A DNA stretch of 64,000 nucleotides from Propionibacteriaceae bacterium (GCA_052094425.1 JBQDIN010000007.1:1054-65053); one strand, 5' to 3'. Positions 19,122 through 29,613 are shown, numbered from the stretch's first letter. The notes: generated by a model from the sequence alone, not told the origin. Numbers and translations are program-made.

Positions 19122-19541
19122 CTACTGCAGCAAACCGAGTGGGGTGGACATCGCCAAGAACAGGACGAGCTGGTACGCGCTGTTGATCACAGTGAGCCGC
19201 GCGGGCTTCTGCTCGAAACCGTTGTGTTGCGCCAGGGTAGAGAGTGAGAACCCGAGCCACGCAGCGAGGGCGACGGCCAGGGCGAGCCAGACTGAATCGC
19301 TGCCGAAGAAGGCGGACGCGATGGAGCAGGCGACGGCGAGAACGAGAGCGGTCACGACGATCGACGCCACCAAGATCAGGAATGGAGCCTTTCCGGCTCG
19401 CTCCGAGGCTTCCTTGGTCACGCCGGTCAGCTTCCGCCAGGTACTGCCGACCAATCCCCAATCGCTGTACCAGACCCATGCGACCGCCGTACCGACCAAG
19501 ATCGCGATCGCCACGGCCAGCCAACTGATGCTCAACTCCAC
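19122..19541 (-). CDS. DUF1761-family membrane protein
   Basis: Four TM helices, AWVWYS..LVGSTW motif, INSAYQL C-terminal motif; RBS GAGGAGG. Confidence 0.75.
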   Translation of the reverse strand: MELSISWLAVAIAILVGTAVAWVWYSDWGLVGSTWRKLTGVTKEASERAGKAPFLILVASIVVTALVLAVACSIASAFFGSDSVWLALAVALAAWLGFSLSTLAQHNGFEQKPARLTVINSAYQLVLFLAMSTPLGLLQ

Positions 19542-19574
19542 GAACCCTCCTCTTCTCGACGACCTAATAGGAAC

Positions 19575-19587
19575 TTGATAGAATCAA
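19575..19587. promoter_or_regulatory. Palindrome overlapping the -10 box between DUF1761 and the HxlR regulator
   Basis: TTGAT-AGA-ATCAA perfect inverted repeat containing TAGAAT, 5 nt before ATG 19590. Confidence 0.5.
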
Positions 19588-19589
19588 CC

Positions 19590-20270
19590 ATGATGGATAA
19601 AGTCAACCAACGACCGAAGAGCCCCAGGACCTACGGGCAGTTCTGCGCCCTTGCGCGGTCCCTGGACGTCGTGGGCGAGCGCTGGACCCTCCTCATCGTG
19701 CGAGAACTTCTCCCCGGTCCGATGCGGTACACCGAACTGAAGACTTCGCTCAATGGCATCGCGACGAACCTCTTGGCCGAGCGACTGCGAACCATGGAAG
19801 CGAGCGGAATCGTCACGCGTCGCCTGGCGAGTGGAGGCGTCGCGTACGCCCTCACGCCGTGGGGAGAGGGGTTGCGGGAGCCAATGGAAGCGCTCGGCCG
19901 CTGGGGAGCGCCGCTGCTCGCGACCGGATGCGGAGAAGATGCATTCCAGCCGCGCTGGCTCACCCTCGCACTGCCTGCCCTGCTACGAGGCAGGACCGCA
20001 TCACCTCCGATCGAGCTCGGCGTCGAGACGGACGGCTTCACCATGGTCCTGAGGGTCGACCAGGAGGGACCTAGCGTGTTCGCTCGCCCCGACGACATGC
20101 CTGATACGGTCCTCAGCGCTGGGCCCGACGTCGTCGTCGCTCTCGCCGCGGGAGCGATCAGCATCGAGCAGGCCGTCGCGACGGGTGACCTCCGGGGCGA
20201 CCTGAGCGTCCTCCGGGCCGCGTTCACCGTCGATCCCGTGAACGTCGTGCCACCGACGGACAGCGACTGA
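19590..20270 (+). CDS. HxlR-family winged-helix regulator with C-terminal SCP2-like domain
   Basis: YGQFCALARSLDVVGERWTLLIVREL...LLAERLR...YALTPWG. Confidence 0.9.
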   Translation: MMDKVNQRPKSPRTYGQFCALARSLDVVGERWTLLIVRELLPGPMRYTELKTSLNGIATNLLAERLRTMEASGIVTRRLASGGVAYALTPWGEGLREPMEALGRWGAPLLATGCGEDAFQPRWLTLALPALLRGRTASPPIELGVETDGFTMVLRVDQEGPSVFARPDDMPDTVLSAGPDVVVALAAGAISIEQAVATGDLRGDLSVLRAAFTVDPVNVVPPTDSD

Positions 20271-20365
20271 AGGCTACGGCTCACGACCTCGAGACCGCTC
20301 AACTGTTCGCGCAGGAAACCACCTCCACCAGCAGCTCACCCTCTGCACCTTCTGGCCAGCAACAA

Positions 20366-21682
20366 CTAACGGTCGAAGCGGGAATTCCGTCGCGGCCTGC
20401 GATTCGGATCGATGCTGGTCGGTGGGCGGATCTCCGGTATCCCGTTCGCGTTCAGCCTGATCGTCCATTGCTCCCCGGGCCCTGCCCGGGGGTTCGGTTC
20501 GATGATCTGGTGATGATGCCGACACAGGAGCACCAGGTTCGCGAGTGAGGTCTTCCCGCCCGCATGCCACGGAACCACGTGGTGCGCATCGCACCCAGAC
20601 GGTGCCCGGTCACAGCCCGGGAACACACACCCCCGATCACGTACGACGAGGGCTTTGCGAATTCCGGAGGTGACGAGCCGCTGCGTCCGGCCGACATCGA
20701 GGACTTCGGAGTCCTTGCCGAGGACCACCGGGATCACGTCCGCATCACACGCCAACCGACGGGCCGTCTTCGGCGACACTTCTTCACCCGAGTTCGTCAG
20801 GGTCGCGCCACCGATGCCGTCGACCAGATCGCGGTAAGGAAGAATCAACGTCACACTGGGCCGGTCGCCCCCCGAGGTGGGGGCGGTTCCGCGCGCGAGC
20901 AACTCATCCAGCATCGCGACGAACGCGTCGGCTTGGCGTTGTTCCATCGTCGGAGCCTCGGCGAGGGGGTCGAGGCGTTCAAGGCCGGCGGTGCCGGGCA
21001 GGTACGCGGCCAGGAGGTTGAGGAGTTTCTCCCCGTCGGCGATGGGTAGTTTCCCGCCGAAACACACCGCTCCCTCGCCGTCGACCCGACACCGGAACGC
21101 CCGGGCACGGCGGGCCCTACGTTCCTCGTTCTCCAGCTGTTGGCCGAGGTGGTCTTCCTCGGTGTCGGGGAACAGCACCGCAACCAACTTCATCGCGAGT
21201 TGCCGCATCCCCTGCGGCGGCTGACCGGCCGCACTCTCCAACAACTCCGACTGCACATAGATCAACTGGTCGTTCGAGGCGGTGGTGGGCAGGTACTTCA
21301 GCCCGTGCAGACAGGCATCGGCCTGGCCCAACGTGAGCTCACCCGCCTCGGCCGCTTGTTGCAGGATCGGGTAGCGGCCGAGTTGTTTCGCGGTCCGGAC
21401 GTACTGCTTCGCCACCCTCGGGATGGTCCGATCCGTGAGCGCGATCCGATCCGAGGCAGACCACCCGCCGGCAGTGTCCTCACAGACACGTTGCTCATCA
21501 ACTGTGCGGACGGTGTGCAGGCGGAGTCCGTGGAGGCGGTCGATCGCGACCCCGTACCCGTCCATCCGACCCAACTTCTCCTCGTCGGACAGTCGCCAGA
21601 CCTCGGTCGACGCGATCCGGTCGAGGATCGCCGTCAAGGCAGCGAAATCCTCATCCTCCTGCGTGTCCGTCGTCGTCGACAT
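20366..21682 (-). CDS. DUF222/HNH endonuclease-signature protein (13E12-repeat family)
   Basis: QRQADAFV, RRLACDA, VLDVGR, RDRGCVFPGC, CDAHHVVPW...LVLLCRHHH; leaderless TAGAGT + 6 nt + ATG. Confidence 0.9.
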   Translation of the reverse strand: MSTTTDTQEDEDFAALTAILDRIASTEVWRLSDEEKLGRMDGYGVAIDRLHGLRLHTVRTVDEQRVCEDTAGGWSASDRIALTDRTIPRVAKQYVRTAKQLGRYPILQQAAEAGELTLGQADACLHGLKYLPTTASNDQLIYVQSELLESAAGQPPQGMRQLAMKLVAVLFPDTEEDHLGQQLENEERRARRARAFRCRVDGEGAVCFGGKLPIADGEKLLNLLAAYLPGTAGLERLDPLAEAPTMEQRQADAFVAMLDELLARGTAPTSGGDRPSVTLILPYRDLVDGIGGATLTNSGEEVSPKTARRLACDADVIPVVLGKDSEVLDVGRTQRLVTSGIRKALVVRDRGCVFPGCDRAPSGCDAHHVVPWHAGGKTSLANLVLLCRHHHQIIEPNPRAGPGEQWTIRLNANGIPEIRPPTSIDPNRRPRRNSRFDR

Positions 21683-21750
21683 ACCCCAACTCTAGAGACA
21701 CCCACTGACACAAATACCCTCAGAATTCACTGTCCACACAAGAATCTTGA

Positions 21751-22072
21751 AGAATTCTCCGGGTCGATTGGATGAGTGATTTCGCGCGAAGCCGGGGCCT
21801 TCGACCGATACCCAAGCTGAGTTGCGACGACTCAAACGGGAGAATGCCGAGCTGCGCCGGGCGAATGAGATTCTGAAGTCGGCCTCGGCGTTTTTCGCAG
21901 CGGAGCTCGACCGCCCCACGACGAGATGATCGCGTTCATCGACATGTATCGCGATCAGTTCGGGGTCGAGCTCATCTGCCGCACTCTGGGTGCCGCGCAG
22001 CGTGGGTTTATCACCTCTCGTGGCTATCGCGCTGCGAAGATGCGTCCGACCAGCGATCGGGCTCGAGACCGA
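21751..22072 (+). mobile_element. IS3-family insertion sequence remnant (orfA C-terminus, orfB N-terminus)
   Basis: [36 protein letters not shown] overlaps (ATGA) [21 protein letters not shown]...ITSRGYRAAK. TTTTTC slippery site present; possible degenerate IR at 21751-21772; no DDE core. Confidence 0.85.
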
Positions 22073-22282
22073 TTGTCGACCTCGTTCGACACCCACTGCA
22101 CCACTGCTGGATTGATGTCGACGAGTCCCGACACCACCCCGAATCTCGCGTCTTCGCCTGCTGCTTGCCATCTGGAAGCGCGCCGAGGAGTCCGGCTGGA
22201 CCCTCAACGGCACCATCTCGCTGTCGGACACCTGGTCCTCAGTTCGGCTCATGCCCAGCAACTTGTCCCGCGAGCGTCGTCC

Positions 22283-24382
22283 TCACGGGTCTGGCTGGGC
22301 CGCCACCTCGGGGTAGTGGCACGCGTATCTGTGATCGTCGGGTCCAGGCACCGTCAGGTCCGGTTCCGTCGTCCGGCACAGCGACTGCTGGTCCTCAGCC
22401 AACGTCATGTACCGAGGGCACCTGGTGCGGAACCGGCACCCGGTGATCTGCTGACTGGGGCTGGGCAGATCGCCGGTCAGCAGCACCCGATCACGTTCCC
22501 GCTCGATGGTCGGGTCCGGCACCGGTGCCGCCGAGATCAGCGCTCGGGTATAGGGATGTGCCGGTGCGGTGAACACCTGCTCCACCTCCCCTATCTCGAC
22601 GATCCGGCCTAGGTACATCACCGCTACCCGGTCTGCGATATGCCGTACCACCGCGAGATCGTGGGTGACGAACAGGAAGGCGACGCCGAGCCGGGCCTGG
22701 ATGTCCTCCAGCAGATTCACCACACCGGCCTGGATGGAGACGTCCAACGACGCCACCGGCTCGTCCAGGACCACCAGTTGGGGTTCCAAGGCAAGGGCAC
22801 GAGCGATGCAGATCCGCTGCAGTTGGCCGCCCGAGAACTGACTCGGGAATCGATCGGCGTGAACCTGGTCGAGCCCCACCAACTCGAGCAACTCGCGGAC
22901 CCGCTCGACGATCTTCGGGCGAGCCACGCCGTGCGCGTTCATCGGCTCGGCCAGAATGTCGAACACGGTCGCTCTCGGATCGAGCGACCCCATCGGGTCC
23001 TGGAAGACGATCTGTAATCCACGCCGCATCGAGCGCCGCTCGGATCGGCCAAGCGCTACAACATCCTGGCCGAACACCTCCACGCTGCCGCCGACGGGCG
23101 GTTTGAGCTGCATCAGCTCAAGCAAGGTGGTGGACTTCCCGCAGCCGGACTCGCCGACCAGGGCCAGGGTCTCACCCTCGCGGAGATCGAAAGAGATCCC
23201 GTCCACGGCCTTCACGGTGCCCCGGTACCGACGCGTGATACCGGAACGCAGGGTGAAATGGCGGGTCAGCCCCTCCACCGCCAACACCGGTGCGCGATCC
23301 TGCCGGGCGATCCCCTCGTACATCGAGCGCACTCCCTCGGGTGGGGGGAACACGTCCTGATAAGTCAGTTCGCGTCCGGCAATCTCCTCGCCCCGCACGC
23401 AGGCGGCCAGATGCGACCGGTCATCGGGGAGTGCGACCAAGTCCGGCTCCGCGTGGGTGCAAGCTTCGACGGCGATCGGACAGCGCGGCGCGAACGGGCA
23501 CCCGAGGGGTAGATCGATCATCGACGGGGGGGATCCCTCGATCGGTACGAGGGGACCGGCCAGTCTGCGGTCCGACCGCGGCACCGCTGCCAGCAGGCCC
23601 ATGCTGTAGGGCATCCGGGGTCGGTAGAAGACATCGTCGACGGTCCCTACTTCCACCGGGCGGCCGGCGTACATCACCAACACGTCGTCGGCCACCCGGG
23701 CCACCACCCCCAGGTCGTGGGTGATCAGCATGATCGCCGCATTCGTCTCCGGTTGGGCTTTCAGCAGCACGTCGAGGACCTGGGCCTGGATGGTGACGTC
23801 CAGTGCTGTAGTGGGCTCGTCAGCGATGATCAGTTTGGGATTGTTGGCAATGGCAATCGCGATCATGACCCGCTGGCGCATTCCGCCGGACAACTCGTGC
23901 GGATAGGTGTTAAGTCGCTTGCCGGGATCCGGAATACCGACTAATTCCAGCAGTTCCGTCCCCCGGCCACGCAGTTGCCGCTGGTTCAACCGCTGATGGG
24001 CTTCGAGGGTTTCGGAGATCTGCTGACCGATGGTGTACACCGGCGACAGGGACGTCATCGGGTCCTGGAAGATCATCGCTATCTCGTTGCCCCGAACACC
24101 CGACATGGCGTGGTCGGAGAGCCCGAGGAGTTCGCGGCCCTCCAGCGCAACTGACCCGCTCACGGTGGCGGTGTCCGGCAGCAGGCCCATCACCGCCGTC
24201 GAAGTCACGGATTTTCCCGAGCCCGACTCGCCGGCAATCACCAAGGTCCGACCGGGGTGCACGTCGAACGACGCTCCCCGGACGGCGTCGATTGTGCCGT
24301 GCTCGCTGGCGAAAGACACTGCGAGATCACGTACCCGCAGGACCGGTTCCGGCGCACCCACCTGATTCTCCTGACGATTCAC
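22283..24382 (-). CDS. Dipeptide/oligopeptide ABC transporter ATP-binding protein, fused tandem NBDs (OppD+OppF)
   Basis: Two Walker A motifs (GESGSGKS, GESGCGKS), LSGGMRQR and FSGGQLQR, two Cys-rich CPFAPRC/CRFRTRC tails; GTG overlaps the permease stop. Confidence 0.93.
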   Translation of the reverse strand: MNRQENQVGAPEPVLRVRDLAVSFASEHGTIDAVRGASFDVHPGRTLVIAGESGSGKSVTSTAVMGLLPDTATVSGSVALEGRELLGLSDHAMSGVRGNEIAMIFQDPMTSLSPVYTIGQQISETLEAHQRLNQRQLRGRGTELLELVGIPDPGKRLNTYPHELSGGMRQRVMIAIAIANNPKLIIADEPTTALDVTIQAQVLDVLLKAQPETNAAIMLITHDLGVVARVADDVLVMYAGRPVEVGTVDDVFYRPRMPYSMGLLAAVPRSDRRLAGPLVPIEGSPPSMIDLPLGCPFAPRCPIAVEACTHAEPDLVALPDDRSHLAACVRGEEIAGRELTYQDVFPPPEGVRSMYEGIARQDRAPVLAVEGLTRHFTLRSGITRRYRGTVKAVDGISFDLREGETLALVGESGCGKSTTLLELMQLKPPVGGSVEVFGQDVVALGRSERRSMRRGLQIVFQDPMGSLDPRATVFDILAEPMNAHGVARPKIVERVRELLELVGLDQVHADRFPSQFSGGQLQRICIARALALEPQLVVLDEPVASLDVSIQAGVVNLLEDIQARLGVAFLFVTHDLAVVRHIADRVAVMYLGRIVEIGEVEQVFTAPAHPYTRALISAAPVPDPTIERERDRVLLTGDLPSPSQQITGCRFRTRCPRYMTLAEDQQSLCRTTEPDLTVPGPDDHRYACHYPEVAAQPDP

Positions 24383-25284
24383 TTCGATACTCCCGAGCCG
24401 GTCGCGGACGTGGGGTCCATGGCATCCCGCAAGCCATCTGCAATCAGTTGCATGCTCAGGCACAGCAGCACCAGCAGGCCCGCGGGGACCAGAAACAGCC
24501 ACGGCGCGCTGAGCAGGTTGGCCGATCCGTCTCGGATCAGGACCCCGAGTGAGGTGTCCGGCGGGGAAATACCAAAGCCGATGAAGGACAGCCCGGTCTC
24601 TGCTTCCACATTGCCCACCACACCCAACGTCACGTTGATGATCAGAACGGACCCCAAGTTGGGGACGAGATGTTGTCCCACGATCTTCGTCGCCGGCACT
24701 CCCATGAACCGGCTGGCCATCACAAATTCCCGCTCGCGCAGGGACATTGCCATCGAACGATAGACACGTGCCGGAAAGAACCAGTAGAAGAATGTCAGCG
24801 CCAGCGTCAGCCAGATCCAGCCGCTGGCGCTCGATGTCTGGTTGACCACGATCGCCAACAGGAAGAACGTCGGGATGACGATCGCCATGTCCAGCAACCA
24901 GACACCCGATTTCTCGATCTTGCCGCCGAAGTAGGCGATCCCGGTCCCGACGAACGCCGCAATGAGGTTGCCACCGATCGAGGCGATGAAGCCGATCAGC
25001 AACGACTTGCCCAGGCCGTGTGCCGCCAAGACGAACAGGTCACCGCCGGCGGAGTCCGTGCCCAGCCAATGCTCGGCACTCGGCGGCTGCTGCAGGCTCA
25101 GGAAGTCCAACTCAGTGTATTCCCAGGCGCCGATCAGCGGGCCGATAACGGGATAGGCGACCAGCAGGATCATCACCACCACGGCACCGACCGCGAACCG
25201 GTTCCGACAGAACCTTCGGATGAGTATCCGGCGCCTGGATACCCGCTGGAAGGCCAAGGTGCCTAGCTGGTCAGAGGTCGTCAT
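24379..25284 (-). CDS. Oligopeptide ABC transporter permease (OppC-like)
   Basis: HWLGTDSAGGDL, EREFVMASRFMG, HLVPN, EAETGLSFIGFG, DGLRDAMDP. Confidence 0.93.
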   Translation of the reverse strand: MTTSDQLGTLAFQRVSRRRILIRRFCRNRFAVGAVVVMILLVAYPVIGPLIGAWEYTELDFLSLQQPPSAEHWLGTDSAGGDLFVLAAHGLGKSLLIGFIASIGGNLIAAFVGTGIAYFGGKIEKSGVWLLDMAIVIPTFFLLAIVVNQTSSASGWIWLTLALTFFYWFFPARVYRSMAMSLREREFVMASRFMGVPATKIVGQHLVPNLGSVLIINVTLGVVGNVEAETGLSFIGFGISPPDTSLGVLIRDGSANLLSAPWLFLVPAGLLVLLCLSMQLIADGLRDAMDPTSATGSGVSK

Positions 25285-25299
25285 CCCGTCACCACACCT

Positions 25300-26271
25300 T
25301 CATGAAGTCCGGATCCGTGGATCGGCAAAGGCCACGAAAATGTCGGCCAGCCACAAGGCCACGCACGTTGAGGCACCCCCAAGGAATATCAACGCCACGG
25401 CACCGTTGATGTCGTTGTTGCCGATCGTCTCCAGGAAATACCAGCCGGCTCCGTGGATCGAGAAGATCAACTCGATGAAGACGACGCCGGTCACCATCCG
25501 GCTGATGGAGAAGGCGATCCCGTACGAGGTCGGTATGAACGCCGTGCGGAGCGCATGCCGCACGATCGCCTTCCGTCGCGGAAGGCCCCGTGCCCGAGCG
25601 GCACGGACATAGGGGGCATTGATGGTGTCCAACAGGTACAGCCGCTGTGTCAGGTGATAGCCCGCGTACCCAACCAGTGTCAGCGCGAGCGTTGGTAGAA
25701 CCAGATGCCGGACGTACTCGAAGAAACCGTCTCCGGCGTTGCCCAGACCGGTCACGAACAGTCCATCGACGCCGAACTCTTTGTGCAGGTACAAGTAGAC
25801 CAGCACGACAAGCGTCGCCATGACGAACGTGGGCACGACGAACAGCAGCGTGGTAAGGCCATTCGTGAGGATGCGATCCAGAACGCCGTACTTCCTTATG
25901 GCGGTCAGCACGCCGAGGCCGACACCGATGACGATGGCCAGCAAGGTGCCCACGAAGACCAACTGGACGCTGACCTCGGCGCGCTGCCAGATCTCCTCGG
26001 TGACGGGCTCTCCCACCGGGCTGTATCCCCAGTCCCAGTGCAGGGCCACGCTCTTTAGCCAGCGCCAATAGCGGACGAAGATCAACTCTTCGTCGTTCAC
26101 GTTGGCGTAATCGAGAAATTGGTCGATCGAGCTCTTCGGCGGCGGTGGTGTCTGCGCCAGGAAATTCGCCCGCGGCTTCAGGAACGACGACGCCAGAAAG
26201 TATCCAAGGCTTGTCGCGATGAACAGCATCAGCGCGTAATTGACAAGCCTCTTGGCCATCCATGCGAACAC
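25300..26271 (-). CDS. Oligopeptide ABC transporter permease (OppB-like)
   Basis: WDWGYS, HLVLPTLAL, YVRAARARGL, HALRTA, IELIFSIHGAG. Confidence 0.93.
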   Translation of the reverse strand: MFAWMAKRLVNYALMLFIATSLGYFLASSFLKPRANFLAQTPPPPKSSIDQFLDYANVNDEELIFVRYWRWLKSVALHWDWGYSPVGEPVTEEIWQRAEVSVQLVFVGTLLAIVIGVGLGVLTAIRKYGVLDRILTNGLTTLLFVVPTFVMATLVVLVYLYLHKEFGVDGLFVTGLGNAGDGFFEYVRHLVLPTLALTLVGYAGYHLTQRLYLLDTINAPYVRAARARGLPRRKAIVRHALRTAFIPTSYGIAFSISRMVTGVVFIELIFSIHGAGWYFLETIGNNDINGAVALIFLGGASTCVALWLADIFVAFADPRIRTS

Positions 26272-26309
26272 GAATCACCACCTCGTCGTTGTTGGGTCTT
26301 GCCGCACCG

Positions 26310-28040
26310 CTACTTCTGCCAGCCCACATCCGCCCAAGGGACGGACAGGAATCCCGCCGGGCCGTAGTTGGCCAACTTTGCTTTGGTCGCTGCTATGTCC
26401 GGGCCGTTGTAGAAGGGGATAGCTCCACCCAGACCGAGGTAAGCCCGCTCCGCCTTGTTGTAGAGCTTCTTCGCCTCCTCCACATCGGATTCGGTCGTCA
26501 TCTCCGCGACCATCGCATCGATCTCGTCACTCCCCACACCGCTGCTGTTCAACCCCCCGTCGCTGGACAGCAAGGCACTCCCGTACTCGGCGAACGCGAA
26601 GGGCGAGCTACTGAACGTGAATCCGGTGTCGATCATGTCCCACTTCTTCTCGTCCAGCTCGGTGCCGAACTGCGCCTGTGGCTTGTTGACAATCTCCACC
26701 GAGATCCCGATCTCTTCCATCATCTGCTGCATCGCCCGACCGCGCGCGGTAGTGCTGGTCGCATTCCCGAAGTTCATGTAGGTGAACGTGGCCTGGGCGC
26801 CGTCCTTGCTCCTGATCCCGTCTGAGCCGACCGCCCAACCCGCGTCGTCGAGTAGCTTCTTGGCCCGCTCGACGTCGTAGTTCAGGTCCTTCATGTTGTC
26901 TTCGTAACCTTTGACGAACGGGAAGACGACCAGCGAGCCCGGGGGCTCCTCCTCCCAATTCAAACCTTGCGATTCGATCTCGCCCAAGAGCTTCCGATTG
27001 GTGCCATAGATGACGGCGAGGCGCATGTCCTGATCCTGGAAGAACTTCGCATCCTTGTTGAGAGACAGCAAGTCCACATGGGGGTTCGGACCGGTCCGGA
27101 TGGTGACGTCTTCCATCACCTTGATCGTTTCAAGGTCTTCGGGGCCGCCCACGCCCATGGCACCTATCTCACCGTTGGCGAAGGCATTGTTGATCGAACT
27201 GGCGTCCATCACCCGGTAGATCAGTTTGTCCAGCTTGGCCGGCTCGCCCCACCAATTGGGGTTGCGCTTGAAAACGATCTCGGTCTTTGTGAGCGAATCC
27301 ACCGTGAACGGGCCGGCACCCAGCTCGGGATGAAGATCGTTGACCCAGCCGGTCATGTAGAACTCCGGGTCCAGATTCTTCGGGTGTTCCAGCGTCGTGA
27401 AGACACTCTGGTACGGGTAGTACGATTCGGAGAACGTGACGATCACATGCTTCGGATCCTTGCCCTGCTCCACGTTCTTGATGGATGAGTAGCCTGCGGA
27501 ATTGGACGGTGTGTACTTGTCCGAATCGCCACGTTGGGTGGTCCACGTGGCATGAAAGGCGCGCCAAGTGATCGGGTCACCGTTGTTCCAAGTCGCCTTC
27601 TCGTTGATGACATACTCGACGGTCTCCGGATTTTCCTTGACCAGTTTCACCGAGGTCAAGTAGTCGGGATTCGGAGTCGGGTCACCGTCGACGGTGTAGT
27701 TCCACATGTTGAACGCCGGAGTGAACACCCCCAGTAGCACGCTGTTTGCCGCTGTCGAACCGGCGCTGCTCCACCAGTTGAAGTTCGGTCCCGGATTGCT
27801 AATCGACAATGCCAGGGTGCCGCCGTCCTCGATGTTGTCCCGCGGCTGCGGATTATTGTAAGCTTGACCGGGAATGGTCTCGTGCGGAGGCCCATCATAG
27901 GTGGCCGGAACCCCTTCCGGCGGCGCAGTAGTGGTGGACCCGGCGGCCCCGCTCTCTTGATCTCCACCACCTCCACATGCGGAGAACGTCAGGAGTACTG
28001 CCAAGAACCCGACCCCAGCGATACTAATCCGTCGCATCAT
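26310..28040 (-). CDS. Peptide ABC transporter substrate-binding lipoprotein (family 5)
   Basis: Lipobox TFSAC; NNPQPRDNIEDGG, WNNGDPITW, GAGPF, NPNWWG, typical actinobacterial OppA. Confidence 0.93.
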   Translation of the reverse strand: MMRRISIAGVGFLAVLLTFSACGGGGDQESGAAGSTTTAPPEGVPATYDGPPHETIPGQAYNNPQPRDNIEDGGTLALSISNPGPNFNWWSSAGSTAANSVLLGVFTPAFNMWNYTVDGDPTPNPDYLTSVKLVKENPETVEYVINEKATWNNGDPITWRAFHATWTTQRGDSDKYTPSNSAGYSSIKNVEQGKDPKHVIVTFSESYYPYQSVFTTLEHPKNLDPEFYMTGWVNDLHPELGAGPFTVDSLTKTEIVFKRNPNWWGEPAKLDKLIYRVMDASSINNAFANGEIGAMGVGGPEDLETIKVMEDVTIRTGPNPHVDLLSLNKDAKFFQDQDMRLAVIYGTNRKLLGEIESQGLNWEEEPPGSLVVFPFVKGYEDNMKDLNYDVERAKKLLDDAGWAVGSDGIRSKDGAQATFTYMNFGNATSTTARGRAMQQMMEEIGISVEIVNKPQAQFGTELDEKKWDMIDTGFTFSSSPFAFAEYGSALLSSDGGLNSSGVGSDEIDAMVAEMTTESDVEEAKKLYNKAERAYLGLGGAIPFYNGPDIAATKAKLANYGPAGFLSVPWADVGWQK

Positions 28041-28106
28041 CAGTGATACCTCTCATGACGCCGTTGTTGTCAGTATTTGACGCTAGTGGCCGCCAGCTCC
28101 CAGCCG

Positions 28107-28124
28107 CTTGTAGCAGCTGACGAA
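28107..28124. promoter_or_regulatory. 18-bp palindromic operator (island motif copy 1), upstream of the opp operon
   Basis: CTTGT-AGCAGCTG-ACGAA; on the minus strand followed after exactly 21 nt by TAGCGT (28085-28080). Confidence 0.65.
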
Positions 28125-28170
28125 TGTACTTGGCCCTCTTTGTGACATTTCACGGGCCGTGATCCAAGGT

Positions 28171-29613
28171 TCAGTCGAAAGACAGGCAGTTGGTCGATAC
28201 CCGTGGCACCTGCCGGAGCCCGACGAAAATCCGGCACACCGTGCCGTCATCGTCCCGAAGGAACCGCACGCCGGAATCACCGGGTGGATCGGGGGTGACG
28301 AATTCGTCCCGAACCGCAGTGGGCAAGAGGCCCTTGGGATCCCCTCCGCGAACAATAAGCGTCAGGTCGCCGTCACGGATGTCGACGTTGACCCACACGT
28401 TCTCATCGGATCGGTAACTGCCCACGTAGTCGGCCAGGAACTCAGTCGGCAGGCGAAGGCCCTCCGGAGCCGGCAGGACGTGTGACCGGTCGACCGGCCA
28501 GCCATCGGCCAGGTTCAGCCCCGCCAGCCCTATCCGGCGGGCCGGCCCACCCCGCAGATTCACCAAGGTGGCAGTAGCGACGCCCCGGTCGGGCACGAAC
28601 TGCAGGCGGGAGGTGATCGATTTCAGCGCACCGCCGTGCTCTACCAGGACACTCCCGTGGAAGTCCGGCACCAAGGAGAGTCCGCAGCCGTAGTAGGAGT
28701 TGTTCCTGATCCGAATATTCGCTGTCAGCATGGTCCGCACACTCTTCGGGCTCAGCACCCGGCAGCCGATACCGTCGCCATCGGCGAGATACATCCGGGC
28801 GTAGGCCATCAGGTCATCCACACACGACCAGAGGGAACCGGCGCCCGGCATGGCCGGAGACCGCCACCACAGGGGTGAATCGACGATGACGCTGTCGTCG
28901 TCCTTGCCGTCGGTGACGGCGGGCGTGACCACGTTGCCGCCCCGGGACAGTGCATCGATGTCGAACCCGGTTCGGTGCATGCCCAGTGGCTGTAGGATGG
29001 CCCCATCAATGCACTCGGCCAGCGTTGTTCCGGTGACCCGCTCCAAGATGGCGCCCAGCAGTCCATAGCTGTCATTGGAGTAGCTGAACTCGTTTCCCGG
29101 TTCGCCGAGCAAGGTGTACTCCGCGGCGGACAGGAATGCAATCAGATCGTCGTGGGTGTCTAGGTAAGCACCGGTGACAGGTTCAAACGAGTCACCGAGC
29201 GAAACGGGATCGTCCAGCTCATGGGAGCGACGCATCGCGTGCCGCGATCCCGCCAGCGGAGGCATCCCGGTGGTGTGCGACATCAGGTGACGGATGGTCA
29301 CCTTCTTCAGGTGGTCGCCGCCCGGCATTGTGAACTCTGGGAGGTATTTGACGACGGGCTCATCGATGTGCAACAGACCCTTGTCCTGCTGGGCCATCGT
29401 TGCCGCGCAAACGAAGGACTTCGTCACCGACGCGATCCCGAAGATCGTCTGAGTGTCCACCGCGGTGTCGTCGGATCTCGACAACGATCCGGAGCAGTAG
29501 CTTTCGATACTGCCGTCCGGAGCGAGCGCGGCCGTTGCCATGGCCGGACCATGCGACTCCTTGAGCCATGGCTCTGCCAACTCCCGCATCGCGTCGCCAA
29601 ACTGGACGGTCAC
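28171..29613 (-). CDS. Beta-lactamase-family serine hydrolase (D-peptidase/CubicO-like), cytoplasmic; paralog 1
   Basis: SxxK (ASVTK), LMSHTTG, YSN, HGG motifs; C-terminal beta-rich domain; GTG 29613 after AGGAGG; no signal peptide. Confidence 0.9.
   Translation of the reverse strand: MTVQFGDAMRELAEPWLKESHGPAMATAALAPDGSIESYCSGSLSRSDDTAVDTQTIFGIASVTKSFVCAATMAQQDKGLLHIDEPVVKYLPEFTMPGGDHLKKVTIRHLMSHTTGMPPLAGSRHAMRRSHELDDPVSLGDSFEPVTGAYLDTHDDLIAFLSAAEYTLLGEPGNEFSYSNDSYGLLGAILERVTGTTLAECIDGAILQPLGMHRTGFDIDALSRGGNVVTPAVTDGKDDDSVIVDSPLWWRSPAMPGAGSLWSCVDDLMAYARMYLADGDGIGCRVLSPKSVRTMLTANIRIRNNSYYGCGLSLVPDFHGSVLVEHGGALKSITSRLQFVPDRGVATATLVNLRGGPARRIGLAGLNLADGWPVDRSHVLPAPEGLRLPTEFLADYVGSYRSDENVWVNVDIRDGDLTLIVRGGDPKGLLPTAVRDEFVTPDPPGDSGVRFLRDDDGTVCRIFVGLRQVPRVSTNCLSFD

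Noticed and set aside
24383-24502. 40-aa N-terminal extension of the Opp ATPase
   Set aside because: It overlaps the permease coding region; the GTGA-coupled start at 24382 is more plausible.
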